Source of the DNA: Candidatus Geohabitans tengchongensis
GTDB lineage: Bacteria > Sysuimicrobiota > Sysuimicrobiia > Sysuimicrobiales > Humicultoraceae
NCBI GenBank assembly: GCA_031459625.1
Contig: JAVKIH010000002.1
Location: forward strand, 169,272-233,271
Length of the DNA: 64,000 bases
Direction: 5' to 3'
Below are positions 1-9,058 of this stretch, piece by piece. A program made the position numbers and the translations under genes. The notes under the pieces are model-generated. The model was not told the DNA's origin. It made no database searches and saw only the letters and a program-made list of their open reading frames with translations. Within the stretch, counting starts at the first letter, position 1. The number at the start of each line of letters is the position of its first letter.

Positions 1-13
1 AGGCATCGCCCAT
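1..13 (-). CDS. Probable 5' end of the next operon gene (MGDA...), running off the window
   Basis: ATG at 13 preceded by a GGAGG-rich SD on the minus strand, 50 nt after the amidohydrolase stop. Confidence 0.4.
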
Positions 14-62
14 CCCCTCCGCCTCCCCGCCTCCCGGCCGGCCGGTAGCCAGCGCGCCCCGG

Positions 63-1496
63 TCAGTCATAGGCCGTGCTAACCGTGGGGGTGACCCCCG
101 GGCGGATGCCGGCGCGTTCCACCACCCGACGGGCGTGCTCCCGCGCCAGGGCGTAGACCTCGTGCTCGTCCACCGTGAGGACCCGGCGGTCGCGCATGAC
201 CACCCGGCCGTCGATGATCACGGTGTGGACGGAGCTCACGCTGGCCGAATAGACCAGGGTCTGGATGGGGTCGCCGTAGGGGACCCAGTCGCACGCTTCG
301 AGGGTGAAGAGCACCAGGTCGGCCCGCTTGCCCACCTCCACGGAGCCGATCTCATCATCCCACAGCAGGGCGCGGGCTCCGTCGATGGTGGCCATGCGTA
401 GCGCCTGCCGCGCGCCGATGAGCGTGGGATCCATCCGGGCGTCCTTGAAGAGGCCGGCCGCCAGGTACATCTGGCGCATCATGTCCAGCGAGCCCGCCGC
501 CGAGGGACCATCGCAGCCCAGGGCCACGGTGATCCCGGCCTGGAGCATCTCCGGGTACTTCCCGATGCGGGTGGCGCCCTTGGCCAGCTTGAGCGCGGTG
601 CCCGGACAGAAGGCCACCTTGGTGCCGGCCTCGGCCAGGTAGGCGATCTCCTCGCTCCGCACGGCCACCACGTGGGCCAGAACCAGGTTGTCCTGCAGGG
701 CGCCCCACTCGTGCAGCAGCGTGACCGGCCACTTCCCGGTCCGGCGCTCGCTGGCCTGCGCCTCCTCGATGGACGACGCGATGTGGTAGGTCGTCCCCAC
801 GCCGAGGCGTCGAGCCAGCGCCGGTGCTCCCGCATGGAGCTCCGGGGAGCAGGGCTCCTTCCCCTCGATGTTCACCCACACCCGGATGCGCCCCCCGCCG
901 CTTCCGTGGTACTGCCGCACGCAGCGCTCCAGCTCGCCCAGCGCGGCCTCGGCACTGGGGAAGAAGTGGCGCTCGACCATCTCGGGAGTCCAGTGGGGCG
1001 GCAGCCGCTCAGGCAGGCGGTCGGCGGCGTGGCGCCCGGTCACCGCCCGCACGCCCACCCGCTCCAGGGCCCGTACGACGGCCCCCACGTCGCTCTGTGC
1101 CCCCATGTCCAGGGCGCAGGTGGTTCCGGTCTTGATCATCTCGATGCCGGCCAGCAGGGTGGCGACGTACTCGTCCTCGGCCCGCATGGCCGCGTAGACC
1201 GGCTTGGCCCAGTTGAAAACCCACGGGCGGGTCGACAGGGTGTCGACGAAGACGCCCCGGACCAGCTGCTCGGAGAAGTGGAGGTGGGCGTCGACCAGTC
1301 CGGGCATCACCAGGCGCCCGCGCCCGGGGATCACCTCGTCGAACGGCGTCTCGCCGTAGCGACGGTCGATCTCCTCCGTGGGGCCCAGGGCGGCGATCCG
1401 GCCGTCCTCCACCACGATGGAGTGCGCGGTGAGGACGCGGTCCTGGGGATCGACGGTGAGGACCACGTCGGCGTCGCGGATCAGCAGGCGTGCCAT
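63..1496 (-). CDS. Amidohydrolase family protein (MtaD/Atz/Trz-like deaminase/chlorohydrolase)
   Basis: Starts MARLLIRDADVV; PGLVDAHLH metal motif, LAHVV, LGCDG, ATIDGARAL, GSVEVGKRADLV. Confidence 0.9.
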   Translation of the reverse strand: MARLLIRDADVVLTVDPQDRVLTAHSIVVEDGRIAALGPTEEIDRRYGETPFDEVIPGRGRLVMPGLVDAHLHFSEQLVRGVFVDTLSTRPWVFNWAKPVYAAMRAEDEYVATLLAGIEMIKTGTTCALDMGAQSDVGAVVRALERVGVRAVTGRHAADRLPERLPPHWTPEMVERHFFPSAEAALGELERCVRQYHGSGGGRIRVWVNIEGKEPCSPELHAGAPALARRLGVGTTYHIASSIEEAQASERRTGKWPVTLLHEWGALQDNLVLAHVVAVRSEEIAYLAEAGTKVAFCPGTALKLAKGATRIGKYPEMLQAGITVALGCDGPSAAGSLDMMRQMYLAAGLFKDARMDPTLIGARQALRMATIDGARALLWDDEIGSVEVGKRADLVLFTLEACDWVPYGDPIQTLVYSASVSSVHTVIIDGRVVMRDRRVLTVDEHEVYALAREHARRVVERAGIRPGVTPTVSTAYD

Positions 1497-1510
1497 GGCT
1501 ATGCCCGGCC

Positions 1511-1903
1511 TCATGCGGGGCCTTCGTCCCGCCACCGATCGTGCAGCTCGATGCGCGTCCCGTCGGGGTCGACGACGTAGATCGAGGTCCCGTACGCGGC
1601 GGTGGTCACCGGCCCCTCGGAGGGCAGCCCGGCCCGGAGGAGTCGCGCCCGCAGCGCGTCGAGGTCCCGGACGCGGAAGGCGATGTGGTCCACCAACCCC
1701 GGCCCGGCGGGGATGCCGGCCGGGCGGGCCGTCAGGCCGAGCCCCTGCTGCAGGACGACGAGGGGCCGGCCGTCGCGCAGCGTCCCGCGGTCCCGCACGG
1801 TGAAGCCCAGCACGTCGACGAAGAACCGCTCCGCCGCAGCCAGGTCCCCGACCTGCAGCAGCACGTGGCTGAGCCCCTCGGGACGAGAGGGCGCGGCCAC
1901 CAC
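1511..1903 (-). CDS. VOC/glyoxalase family protein
   Basis: LSHVLLQVGDL..AERFFVDVLGF, VDHIAFRV, YVVDPDGTRIEL. Confidence 0.9.
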   Translation of the reverse strand: MVAAPSRPEGLSHVLLQVGDLAAAERFFVDVLGFTVRDRGTLRDGRPLVVLQQGLGLTARPAGIPAGPGLVDHIAFRVRDLDALRARLLRAGLPSEGPVTTAAYGTSIYVVDPDGTRIELHDRWRDEGPA

Positions 1904-2095
1904 CTACCGCTCCCGGTCCGACCCCAGGACCCCCGCCCGGGCCCAGTTGTGCCTGGGGACCTCGTGGATGATCACGTGGAGGTGATCCGCGCTGGCGCCA
2001 GCGTGGCGGACCATTGCCTCGGTGATCGCCGCCACGAGGCGGCGCTTCTGTTCCAGCGTCCGTCCTTCCCACATCTCCACCGTCACGACGGGCAC
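1904..2095 (-). CDS. 4-oxalocrotonate tautomerase family protein
   Basis: 63 aa, catalytic Pro1 after Met; GRTLEQKRRL..AIT, VIIHEV..NW..G. Confidence 0.93.
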   Translation of the reverse strand: MPVVTVEMWEGRTLEQKRRLVAAITEAMVRHAGASADHLHVIIHEVPRHNWARAGVLGSDRER

Positions 2096-2946
2096 GGCGT
2101 CACCCCCTTCTCGTCAGTGTGCTCGCGCACTCGGCCGGCCCCCCGGCCGCGGCCGGCCTCACCGGGCGGGCCCAGGAGGCCCTGGCTGCGGAACAGGTCG
2201 CGGATCCTCCGCACGGCGCTGTGGAAGGCGTCCTCCTCCCGCAGTGCGGGGGTCCGCGGCCGCCCCAGCGGGACCTCGACGGACTGGACCACGCGCCCGG
2301 GGCGCGGCGACATCACCACCACCCGGTCGGCCAGCAGGACCGCCTCCTCGATGGCATGGGTAACGAAGACCACGGTGTTCTGCCGGTCCTGCCACAACCC
2401 GAGGAGGTACGTCCCCAGTTCTTCGCGCGTAAAGGCGTCCAGCGCGGCAAAGGGTTCGTCCATGAGCAGGAGGGGCGGGTCGTGGATGAGGGCCCGGCAG
2501 AGGGCCACCCGCTGGCGCATGCCGCCGGAGAGCTCGTGCGGGTACCGGTGCTCGAACCCGGCCAGGCCCACGCGCTGCAGGAGCTGGCGGGCACGGTCGA
2601 CGGCGGCGGCGCGGGAGAGGTTCTTGATCTCCGCGGGCAGGAGGACGTTGCCCAGGACGGTGCGCCACTCCAGCAAGGCGTCCCGCTGGAACACGACGCC
2701 CACGTCCGTGTAGGGGCGCGTCCGCACCTGGCCGTCGACGGCGATGGTCCCGCCGGTGGGAGGGATGAGCCCGGCGATCATCAGGAGCAACGTGCTCTTG
2801 CCGCACCCGCTGGGCCCGACCAACGCGACGAACTCTCCCGGCCGGACCGCCAGGCTCACCCCCTCGACGGCCAGGATATCCGCCCCGCGGGCGCGGTACC
2901 GCTTGGACACCCGCTCCAGGGCGATGCCGACGGCCTGTTGTGTCAT
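2083..2946 (-). CDS. NitT/TauT family ABC transporter ATP-binding protein
   Basis: GPSGCGKST, YPHELSGGMRQR, LLMDEPFAALD. Confidence 0.95.
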   Translation of the reverse strand: MTQQAVGIALERVSKRYRARGADILAVEGVSLAVRPGEFVALVGPSGCGKSTLLLMIAGLIPPTGGTIAVDGQVRTRPYTDVGVVFQRDALLEWRTVLGNVLLPAEIKNLSRAAAVDRARQLLQRVGLAGFEHRYPHELSGGMRQRVALCRALIHDPPLLLMDEPFAALDAFTREELGTYLLGLWQDRQNTVVFVTHAIEEAVLLADRVVVMSPRPGRVVQSVEVPLGRPRTPALREEDAFHSAVRRIRDLFRSQGLLGPPGEAGRGRGAGRVREHTDEKGVTPCPS

Positions 2947-3053
2947 GCCCAGTCCGGGACGCGTCTGGCCACGGGCGGCTACCCCTCACGCCCTCACGAA
3001 CCGGTTGGTGCAGGAGTCTCCAGCGGCAGATACCGAGCCACCCTTCACCCCCA

Positions 3054-3869
3054 TCACAGCGTCTCCCGGGCAGCCTCCAGCTGCTCCTCCCCCGGCCGCC
3101 AGCGGACCACCAGCCGTTCCAACACGCCGACGGCGTAGAAGAGCACGATGCCCAACGCCGACAGGACCGCGATGGTCGCAAAGAGCATCACCGTATCCAG
3201 ATTGCTGTTGGCCTGGAGCTGGATGTACCCCAGCCCTTCGTTGGCGGCGATGTACTCCCCCACGATGGCGCCGACGACCGCGAGCGTAATGGCCACCTTC
3301 AGGCCCCCGAAGATGCTTGGCAGGGCCCGGGGGAGCCTCACCTTGAGGAAAACCTGCAGGGGGGTCGCCCCCAGGGACTGCGCCAGGTAGATGGTCTCGG
3401 GTTCCACCGAGCGCATCCCGATAACGGTGTTCACGACGATGGGGAAGAAGGCGATGAGGAAGGCGACCGCCACTTTGGAGAGCAGCCCGAACCCGAACCA
3501 GAGTACGAACAGCGGGGCCAGGGCGGTCTTGGGAATCGTCTGGAAAGCCACGATCACCGTGTAGCTCACCCGTTCGAAGACGCGCGAGTACACGATGCCG
3601 ATGGCCACGGGGATGCCGACCAGGGTACTGGCGAGGAAGCCCAGCAGGATTTCCTGTGTCGTGGGCAGGGCATGGCGCAGGAAGAGGTCGTGGCGACTGA
3701 CCAGCATCCCCGCCACCGCGGACGGCCGCGGGAGGACGAAGGCCGGCACCTGCAGGGCCCGGACACCCGCTTCCCACAGGAGCACACCGGCCAGCAGGAC
3801 CCCCAGGGACGGACCGTGGGTCTGGAGCAGCCGCCCCGTGCTCTTCCCGACCCCGAGCCCGCGAGCCAC
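3054..3869 (-). CDS. NitT/TauT family ABC transporter permease
   Basis: QTIPKTALAPL, FFPIVVNT, GAIVGE; the GTG start at 3869 is approximate. Confidence 0.9.
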   Translation of the reverse strand: MARGLGVGKSTGRLLQTHGPSLGVLLAGVLLWEAGVRALQVPAFVLPRPSAVAGMLVSRHDLFLRHALPTTQEILLGFLASTLVGIPVAIGIVYSRVFERVSYTVIVAFQTIPKTALAPLFVLWFGFGLLSKVAVAFLIAFFPIVVNTVIGMRSVEPETIYLAQSLGATPLQVFLKVRLPRALPSIFGGLKVAITLAVVGAIVGEYIAANEGLGYIQLQANSNLDTVMLFATIAVLSALGIVLFYAVGVLERLVVRWRPGEEQLEAARETL

Positions 3870-3886
3870 TGGTTGCCCCGCGGATC

Positions 3887-4897
3887 TCAGTCGCCGACGA
3901 AGCGGTTCGTGAAGTACTCCGTGGGCGCCTTCACCTTCTGCAGCAGCCCCCCGCGCGCCAGGATCTCCACGGTCTTCCGCCACTCGTCCATGGAGTTCCA
4001 GCCCAGCGGCCGGCCTGCCACAGCGCGTGTCCGCACCAGCTCCAAGGTGAAGCTGATCTGCAGCGGTGTCGTCTCACGATCGAGGGCGTCCGGGAAGAGC
4101 CTCACCAGGATGTCGGAGGCCTCCACGGGGTGGCGCAGCGTGTACTCAAAGCCCTCGTTGGTCCCGGCCACCACGGCCCTGACTGTCTGCGGGTTCTGCT
4201 CCGCAAATCGCAGGCTGGTAACCAGTCCGTGGCCCAGGATGTTAAACCCGTGGTCGGCGACCCAGAGGAGGTTCAGGCGGCGCCCCGCCCGGACCTCCAC
4301 GACCGGGACCTCGTTGGTGTAGAACGCCGACAGGACATCCAGGCGGCCCTGGAGGAACTGGGCCAGCCGGGCGCTGGGATCCAGGTTCACCAGCCGGACC
4401 TTGGACTCGTCGATGCCGTTAGCCCGGGCAAATGCCGGCCAGATCCGCTGGAAGGTATCCGCGGGCGAGGTGCCCACGCTTTTGCCCTCCAGGTCCCGCG
4501 GGGAGGCCAGGGGGCCAAACGACGCCAGGACCATGGGGCTCTTGCGAATGTAATTGGCCACCATGACGATCGGCATGTCCTGGGACACGCCCTGAGCCGT
4601 CTCGATGGCCCCCACGTAGGCGAACTCGTCGTTGCCATTGGCCAGCGCGGTCAGCGTGGGGCCGGCACCCGCCCCCTCGAGCACCCGCACGGAGACCCCG
4701 CGCTTGGTGTAGAAGCCCTTCTGCACAGCGACGAAGAGGGGCGCGAACTCCCCCTTGATCTTCCAGCTCAGGCGGATCGTCACCGTCGGTCGCGTCTGCG
4801 CCACGCTCGCGGCCGGGACGAACATGCCGCTCAGGAGGACCGTCACGACCGCCGCCAACCAAACCTTCCCCCACCGTGCCCTTCCTCGCCCTCGCAT
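3887..4897 (-). CDS. ABC substrate-binding protein (NMT1/THI5-like)
   Basis: Signal peptide; LSW....EFAPLFVAVQKGFY, DLEGKSVG, YFTNRFV. Confidence 0.9.
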   Translation of the reverse strand: MRGRGRARWGKVWLAAVVTVLLSGMFVPAASVAQTRPTVTIRLSWKIKGEFAPLFVAVQKGFYTKRGVSVRVLEGAGAGPTLTALANGNDEFAYVGAIETAQGVSQDMPIVMVANYIRKSPMVLASFGPLASPRDLEGKSVGTSPADTFQRIWPAFARANGIDESKVRLVNLDPSARLAQFLQGRLDVLSAFYTNEVPVVEVRAGRRLNLLWVADHGFNILGHGLVTSLRFAEQNPQTVRAVVAGTNEGFEYTLRHPVEASDILVRLFPDALDRETTPLQISFTLELVRTRAVAGRPLGWNSMDEWRKTVEILARGGLLQKVKAPTEYFTNRFVGD

Positions 4898-4926
4898 GGC
4901 CCACCCCCTCTGCTCCGCCGGGCCGT

Positions 4927-5742
4927 CTACCCCGACAGAGAGTCTCGGCCTCCGTCCGCCTCCCCGGTCATCGGCCCCTCGGTCCCCACGGACCGGTCCG
5001 CCGGCCCGTCTCCGCTGGCGCGCAGGGCCCGCACCGACGCCATCGTGGACTGCAGGTGTCTGGACATGCGCTCGGCCGCCTCCGTTGCGTTGCCGGCCTT
5101 GATCGCCTCGAGGATCAGACGGTGCTGCTCCACCGACTGCAGGGCGCGACCCGGGAGTGCCATCACCGCCCGCCGGTCGGCGAAGACGTAGTTGATCGAG
5201 CGCGAGAGGTAGACCAGGTAGGGGTTGCCGCCCAGGTCGGCGATGAGGCCGTGAAAGGCCAGGTCGATCTGCTCCAGGGCGACGATGTCCCGGCTGCGGG
5301 CGGCGACGGCCATCTCGGCCACGTTGGCCTCCAGTGCCGAGAGGTGCCGCCCCGCGTCCCCGGAGGCGTTGGCCACAGCCCGGGCGGCCAGGGCCGCCGC
5401 CTTCGTCTCCAGGACCTCTCTGACCTCAAGCAGAGCCAGGACATCGTCGCGGTGCGACTCCAGCCAGGGCAACCAGGCGGCCGGATCGCCGGCTCCGTCA
5501 GCGGTCGGTGACGCGACAACTGTCCCCCGCCCCTGGCGGACGTCGACCAGCCCGAGGGCCGACAGGATCTGGATCGCCTCCCGAACGGTGGATTGGCTCA
5601 CGCCAAATCGGAGCGCCAGTTCCCTGACGGAAGGCAAGTGGGCCCCCGGACCCAGGCGGCCTTGGTGAATCAGCTCGCGGATCTGCTCGACCACCTGCTG
5701 CGCGGTGGTCTGCAGACGCACCGGGCGAAAGTCAACACTCAT
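4927..5742 (-). CDS. FadR/GntR family transcriptional regulator
   Basis: wHTH LPSVRELALRFGVSQSTVREA; FCD domain DLAFH..IA..GNP, EQH..I. Confidence 0.95.
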   Translation of the reverse strand: MSVDFRPVRLQTTAQQVVEQIRELIHQGRLGPGAHLPSVRELALRFGVSQSTVREAIQILSALGLVDVRQGRGTVVASPTADGAGDPAAWLPWLESHRDDVLALLEVREVLETKAAALAARAVANASGDAGRHLSALEANVAEMAVAARSRDIVALEQIDLAFHGLIADLGGNPYLVYLSRSINYVFADRRAVMALPGRALQSVEQHRLILEAIKAGNATEAAERMSRHLQSTMASVRALRASGDGPADRSVGTEGPMTGEADGGRDSLSG

Positions 5743-5753
5743 CCGTTTACCCG

Positions 5754-5795
5754 TTGGTCAGACCAATTCTAGCGCCTCATTACCGACATCGGCAA
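5754..5795 (-). promoter_or_regulatory. sigma70-type promoter with an overlapping FadR-family operator
   Basis: Minus strand TTGCCG (5790-5795)-N18-TAGAAT (5766-5771); palindrome TTGGTcagACCAA at 5754-5766 matches the TGGTnnnACCA FadR-subfamily pattern. Confidence 0.75.
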
Positions 5796-5887
5796 TTCGA
5801 ACACTTGTTCAATAAAGGTGGTATCTCACGGTGGGCCCCTCGGGGCCACCGCAATGCGGGTGACTCATACACCGTCCGTGGGAACGA

Positions 5888-7834
5888 TCAGGTGTCGATC
5901 AAGCCCGGATCGCCAGCAGCGTCCGCCTGCCGCATCTCCGTGTCAGCTCCAACCGGCGCGTCAGCCTCCATCGGTGACGGCTGGCTCCGCCCTGACCCTG
6001 GTGGCGCGCCCAGCGGCATCGGGGGGGGCATGTGGCTGCCTGGGGAACGCCCTGCGTTTGCCCCCACCTCACCCGCGCCCGGCATCATGGGCTCCGCGGA
6101 GGGGGTGTCGGCTCCGCCTGCCTGTCGCACCACCAGCGTCCGCAGCCGGTTGATGGCTGCGGCCACCTCGAACCGCCGCGGCCGCGCGTAGTCGCCCGGG
6201 TGGCCCTCGAAGGTGGAGAGGACCTCGAGCCCGCGCCGGTCGATGTCCGCCATGAGCGCGTCCAGCACCTGGCTCAGCGTGCGGGTGCCGTCGAAGTACT
6301 CCTGCTCCAGGGCGTAGAAGATGGCGTCCCCGATGGCCCGGGTCTGGCTCTCGTCCACCACCTGCTCCACGGCGGAGAGGTCGATGACATCACGCCCGAA
6401 GACGATGGTCCGCAGCCCCCGGGCGTTCACCCGTACCCGCCGCCCCCGGTAGGGGTTGAACCCCTGCGGGAGGGGCAGACGCGGGCGGGGCGGGCCGAAG
6501 GGCCGTCCCTCCGGCACGCGCCGGTCCCCGTGCTCGGCCGCCAGCCGCCGGGCCTCCTCCGTCACCACCCGGGGCACGAAGTGGTCCATGAGGATGACCG
6601 TGTCGGCCACCCCCAAATAATCCCCCGACCCGCCGATCACCAGGATGGTGGAGACACCCAGGGCGTCGCGCAGGTGGCGCACCTGGTCGACGAAGGGGGT
6701 GATCGGCTCCAGCGCCTTCGGGACGAGCCGCTGCATCAGCTCGTCACGGATCATGAAGTTGGTGGCACAGGTGTCCTCGTCCATCAGGAGGACCTGCGCA
6801 CCCACCTCGAGCGCCTCCATGATGTTGGCGGCCTGGGAGGTGCTGCCGCTGGCGTTGTCGGTGGAGAACGCGGTCGTCTCCACCCCGCCGGGCAGGGTGC
6901 CGATGAAGGGGCTGATGTCCACCCGGGCGATCCGGCGGCCGTCTTCAGCCCGGATCTTCACCGCCCCGGGGAGCGTGACGACGTACTCCCGCCCGTCGCC
7001 GGGGACGTGCGGGTAGACGCCGCGGACGAGGGCGCGGAGCAAGGTGGATTTCCCGTGAAAGCCGCCGCCGACAATCAGGGTGATCCCCCGCGGGATGCCC
7101 ATGCCCGTGACCGGGCCACGGTTGGGCGCGTGCAGGGTGACGCGGAGCCCCTCCGGGGCGCGGAAGGGCACGGCACGGTGGGCGGGCAGGGGGAGCTCGG
7201 AGACGCCGCTCTCCCGCGGGAGGATGGCGCCCTCGGCGACCAAGGCGACGAGCCCGTGCTCGCGCAGGGCAGCCTGCAGGGCGGCGTGGTCCTCGGCGAC
7301 CTCGACGTGCCGGCGGGCCGCCGCCCCATCGAGCCGCGACCAGTACAGGGCCGCCTCCAGCGCGCGCGGGAGCTCGTCGAAGAAGAGGGCTGTCGCGTCT
7401 TTGGGCAGCGGCCGGCGGCCCTCCGCGGGGAGCCCTGCCGCCAGTCGCACCTCCACGTACTCCTCCGTCAGCCGGACGGCGGTGCGCTCGAGGATCTCCT
7501 GCCCCCCGGCGTCCACCGTCACCTGCCCGGACCGGCCCGCGCCCCGACGCGGCCGGACATGCGCCCGCAGCGCCTCGGCCATGCGGCGCCCCAGGAAGTC
7601 CTCCAGGGCCACCCGTCGGACCCGCGTGGCCCACAGCTCCGGAGGGAGCTGGGCTTCGGCCATGTCGACCCGGATCCGGAGCAGGGAGGGCGGGGCGAAG
7701 GGGTCGGGCTGGACGTGGTCGATGTAGAGGACGTGGCGGGGGAAACGGTAGGCCCCCATCAGGGCCTTGTACGCTCCATAGCCCTTCCCCTCGATGGTCA
7801 GGAGCTTGTCGCGGAGGCGTTCCGCCGGCAGCAT
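5888..7834 (-). CDS. ABC-class ATPase domain protein (COG3044-like)
   Basis: EGKGYGAYKAL, HVQPDPFAPPS, GGGFHGKST, NASGSTSQAA, DEDTCATNFMIRD, RRFEVAAAINRLR; about 75 aa low-complexity tail. Confidence 0.88.
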   Translation of the reverse strand: MLPAERLRDKLLTIEGKGYGAYKALMGAYRFPRHVLYIDHVQPDPFAPPSLLRIRVDMAEAQLPPELWATRVRRVALEDFLGRRMAEALRAHVRPRRGAGRSGQVTVDAGGQEILERTAVRLTEEYVEVRLAAGLPAEGRRPLPKDATALFFDELPRALEAALYWSRLDGAAARRHVEVAEDHAALQAALREHGLVALVAEGAILPRESGVSELPLPAHRAVPFRAPEGLRVTLHAPNRGPVTGMGIPRGITLIVGGGFHGKSTLLRALVRGVYPHVPGDGREYVVTLPGAVKIRAEDGRRIARVDISPFIGTLPGGVETTAFSTDNASGSTSQAANIMEALEVGAQVLLMDEDTCATNFMIRDELMQRLVPKALEPITPFVDQVRHLRDALGVSTILVIGGSGDYLGVADTVILMDHFVPRVVTEEARRLAAEHGDRRVPEGRPFGPPRPRLPLPQGFNPYRGRRVRVNARGLRTIVFGRDVIDLSAVEQVVDESQTRAIGDAIFYALEQEYFDGTRTLSQVLDALMADIDRRGLEVLSTFEGHPGDYARPRRFEVAAAINRLRTLVVRQAGGADTPSAEPMMPGAGEVGANAGRSPGSHMPPPMPLGAPPGSGRSQPSPMEADAPVGADTEMRQADAAGDPGLIDT

Positions 7835-7844
7835 CCTCCGAGGG

Positions 7845-9038
7845 TCAGGACCGCCCCAGCAACCTGATGGCCACCTGGGCGTAGAAGGTCGCGGCGGTCA
7901 TCACATCGTCCAGGTCGACGTACTCGTCCGACGCGTGGGCCAGCTCGGGGATGCCGGGGCCGAAGAGGATCGTCTCCACACCCCGCACGCTGAAGAAGCG
8001 GCCGTCGCTGGCCTGCTGGTAGCCCACCGGGCTGGGGTCCAGGCCCAGGGTGATGGCCGCCTCCTGGGCCGCCCGCACCAGCAGGGCCTCGGGAGAGGTC
8101 TCCACCGGCGGTCCCGTCTGAATGGGCTCGACGGTGACGTCCAGGTCCGGGTCCTCGTGCCGCAGGCGGGCGATCACGCGGTCGATCTCGGCCAGGGCCT
8201 CCTGCGGGCTCTCCTCCGGGAGGGTCCGGCGGTCGATGGTCGCCTCGCACCGGTCGGGCACGACATTCGTGGCGATGCCGCCGCGAATCGTCCCGAAGCT
8301 CAGTGAGGGCGGCGGCGTGAGCGGGTGGGTGCGCCGGGCCAGCGCCGTCCCGATCTCGGCGTCCAGCGCCGCCAGCACGCGGACCATCGAGCGGATGGCG
8401 TTCACGCCCGTCCAGGGCGTGGAGCCGTGCGCCGTGCGCCCCCGCGTGACCAGGCGGACCCAGAGCACGCCCTTCTCGGCGATGGCGATGCGGTTGTTGG
8501 TCACCTCCCCCACGATGACGCGGTCGGGGCGCAGGAAGCCGCGCGTGACCAGCATCTCCGTGCCGCGCGCTCCGCCCACCTCTTCGTCGCTGACGAGGGC
8601 GAGGAGCAGCGAACCGGCCAGCGGGACGGCCAGGCGCGCCAGCGTCTCCACCGCCACCACCATCGCCGCCGCACACCCCTTGGGGTCGCCGGCACCGAGC
8701 CCGTACAGCCGCGTGCCTACCAGCTGCGCGGCGAAGGGCGGGTGCCGCCACGCTCCAGGGTCGCCCGGGGGGACGGTGTCCAGGTGGGTGAGGAGGAGCA
8801 GCTCCGGCCGGCCGCGGCCGAGCCGCAGGAGCAGGTTGGGCTTCTTGGGCTCGTCGGCCAGAATCTGGAAGTCGAGGCCGGCGCTGCGCAGCCGGGACGC
8901 CACCAGGTCCACGGCGCGGCGCGTGTCCCCGGGCGGGTTGGTCGTGTCGGTGCGCACGAGCGCCCCCAGCAGCCCGCACAGCGTGGGCCGCTGTCGGGCG
9001 ATCTCGGCCGTGACATCGGGGACGGTGACCTGGGCCAT
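7845..9038 (-). CDS. M20 family metallo-hydrolase (ArgE/DapE-like)
   Basis: HLDTVP, GAGDPKG, SDEEVGG, AHGSTPWTGVNAI, AHASDE. Confidence 0.9.
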   Translation of the reverse strand: MAQVTVPDVTAEIARQRPTLCGLLGALVRTDTTNPPGDTRRAVDLVASRLRSAGLDFQILADEPKKPNLLLRLGRGRPELLLLTHLDTVPPGDPGAWRHPPFAAQLVGTRLYGLGAGDPKGCAAAMVVAVETLARLAVPLAGSLLLALVSDEEVGGARGTEMLVTRGFLRPDRVIVGEVTNNRIAIAEKGVLWVRLVTRGRTAHGSTPWTGVNAIRSMVRVLAALDAEIGTALARRTHPLTPPPSLSFGTIRGGIATNVVPDRCEATIDRRTLPEESPQEALAEIDRVIARLRHEDPDLDVTVEPIQTGPPVETSPEALLVRAAQEAAITLGLDPSPVGYQQASDGRFFSVRGVETILFGPGIPELAHASDEYVDLDDVMTAATFYAQVAIRLLGRS

Positions 9039-9058
9039 CGGACAGGGTGCCTCCGTGG

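Noticed and set aside
5888..6120. C-terminal tail of the ABC-class ATPase as an extra domain
   Set aside because: Low-complexity Pro/Gly/Ala sequence, probably a disordered extension
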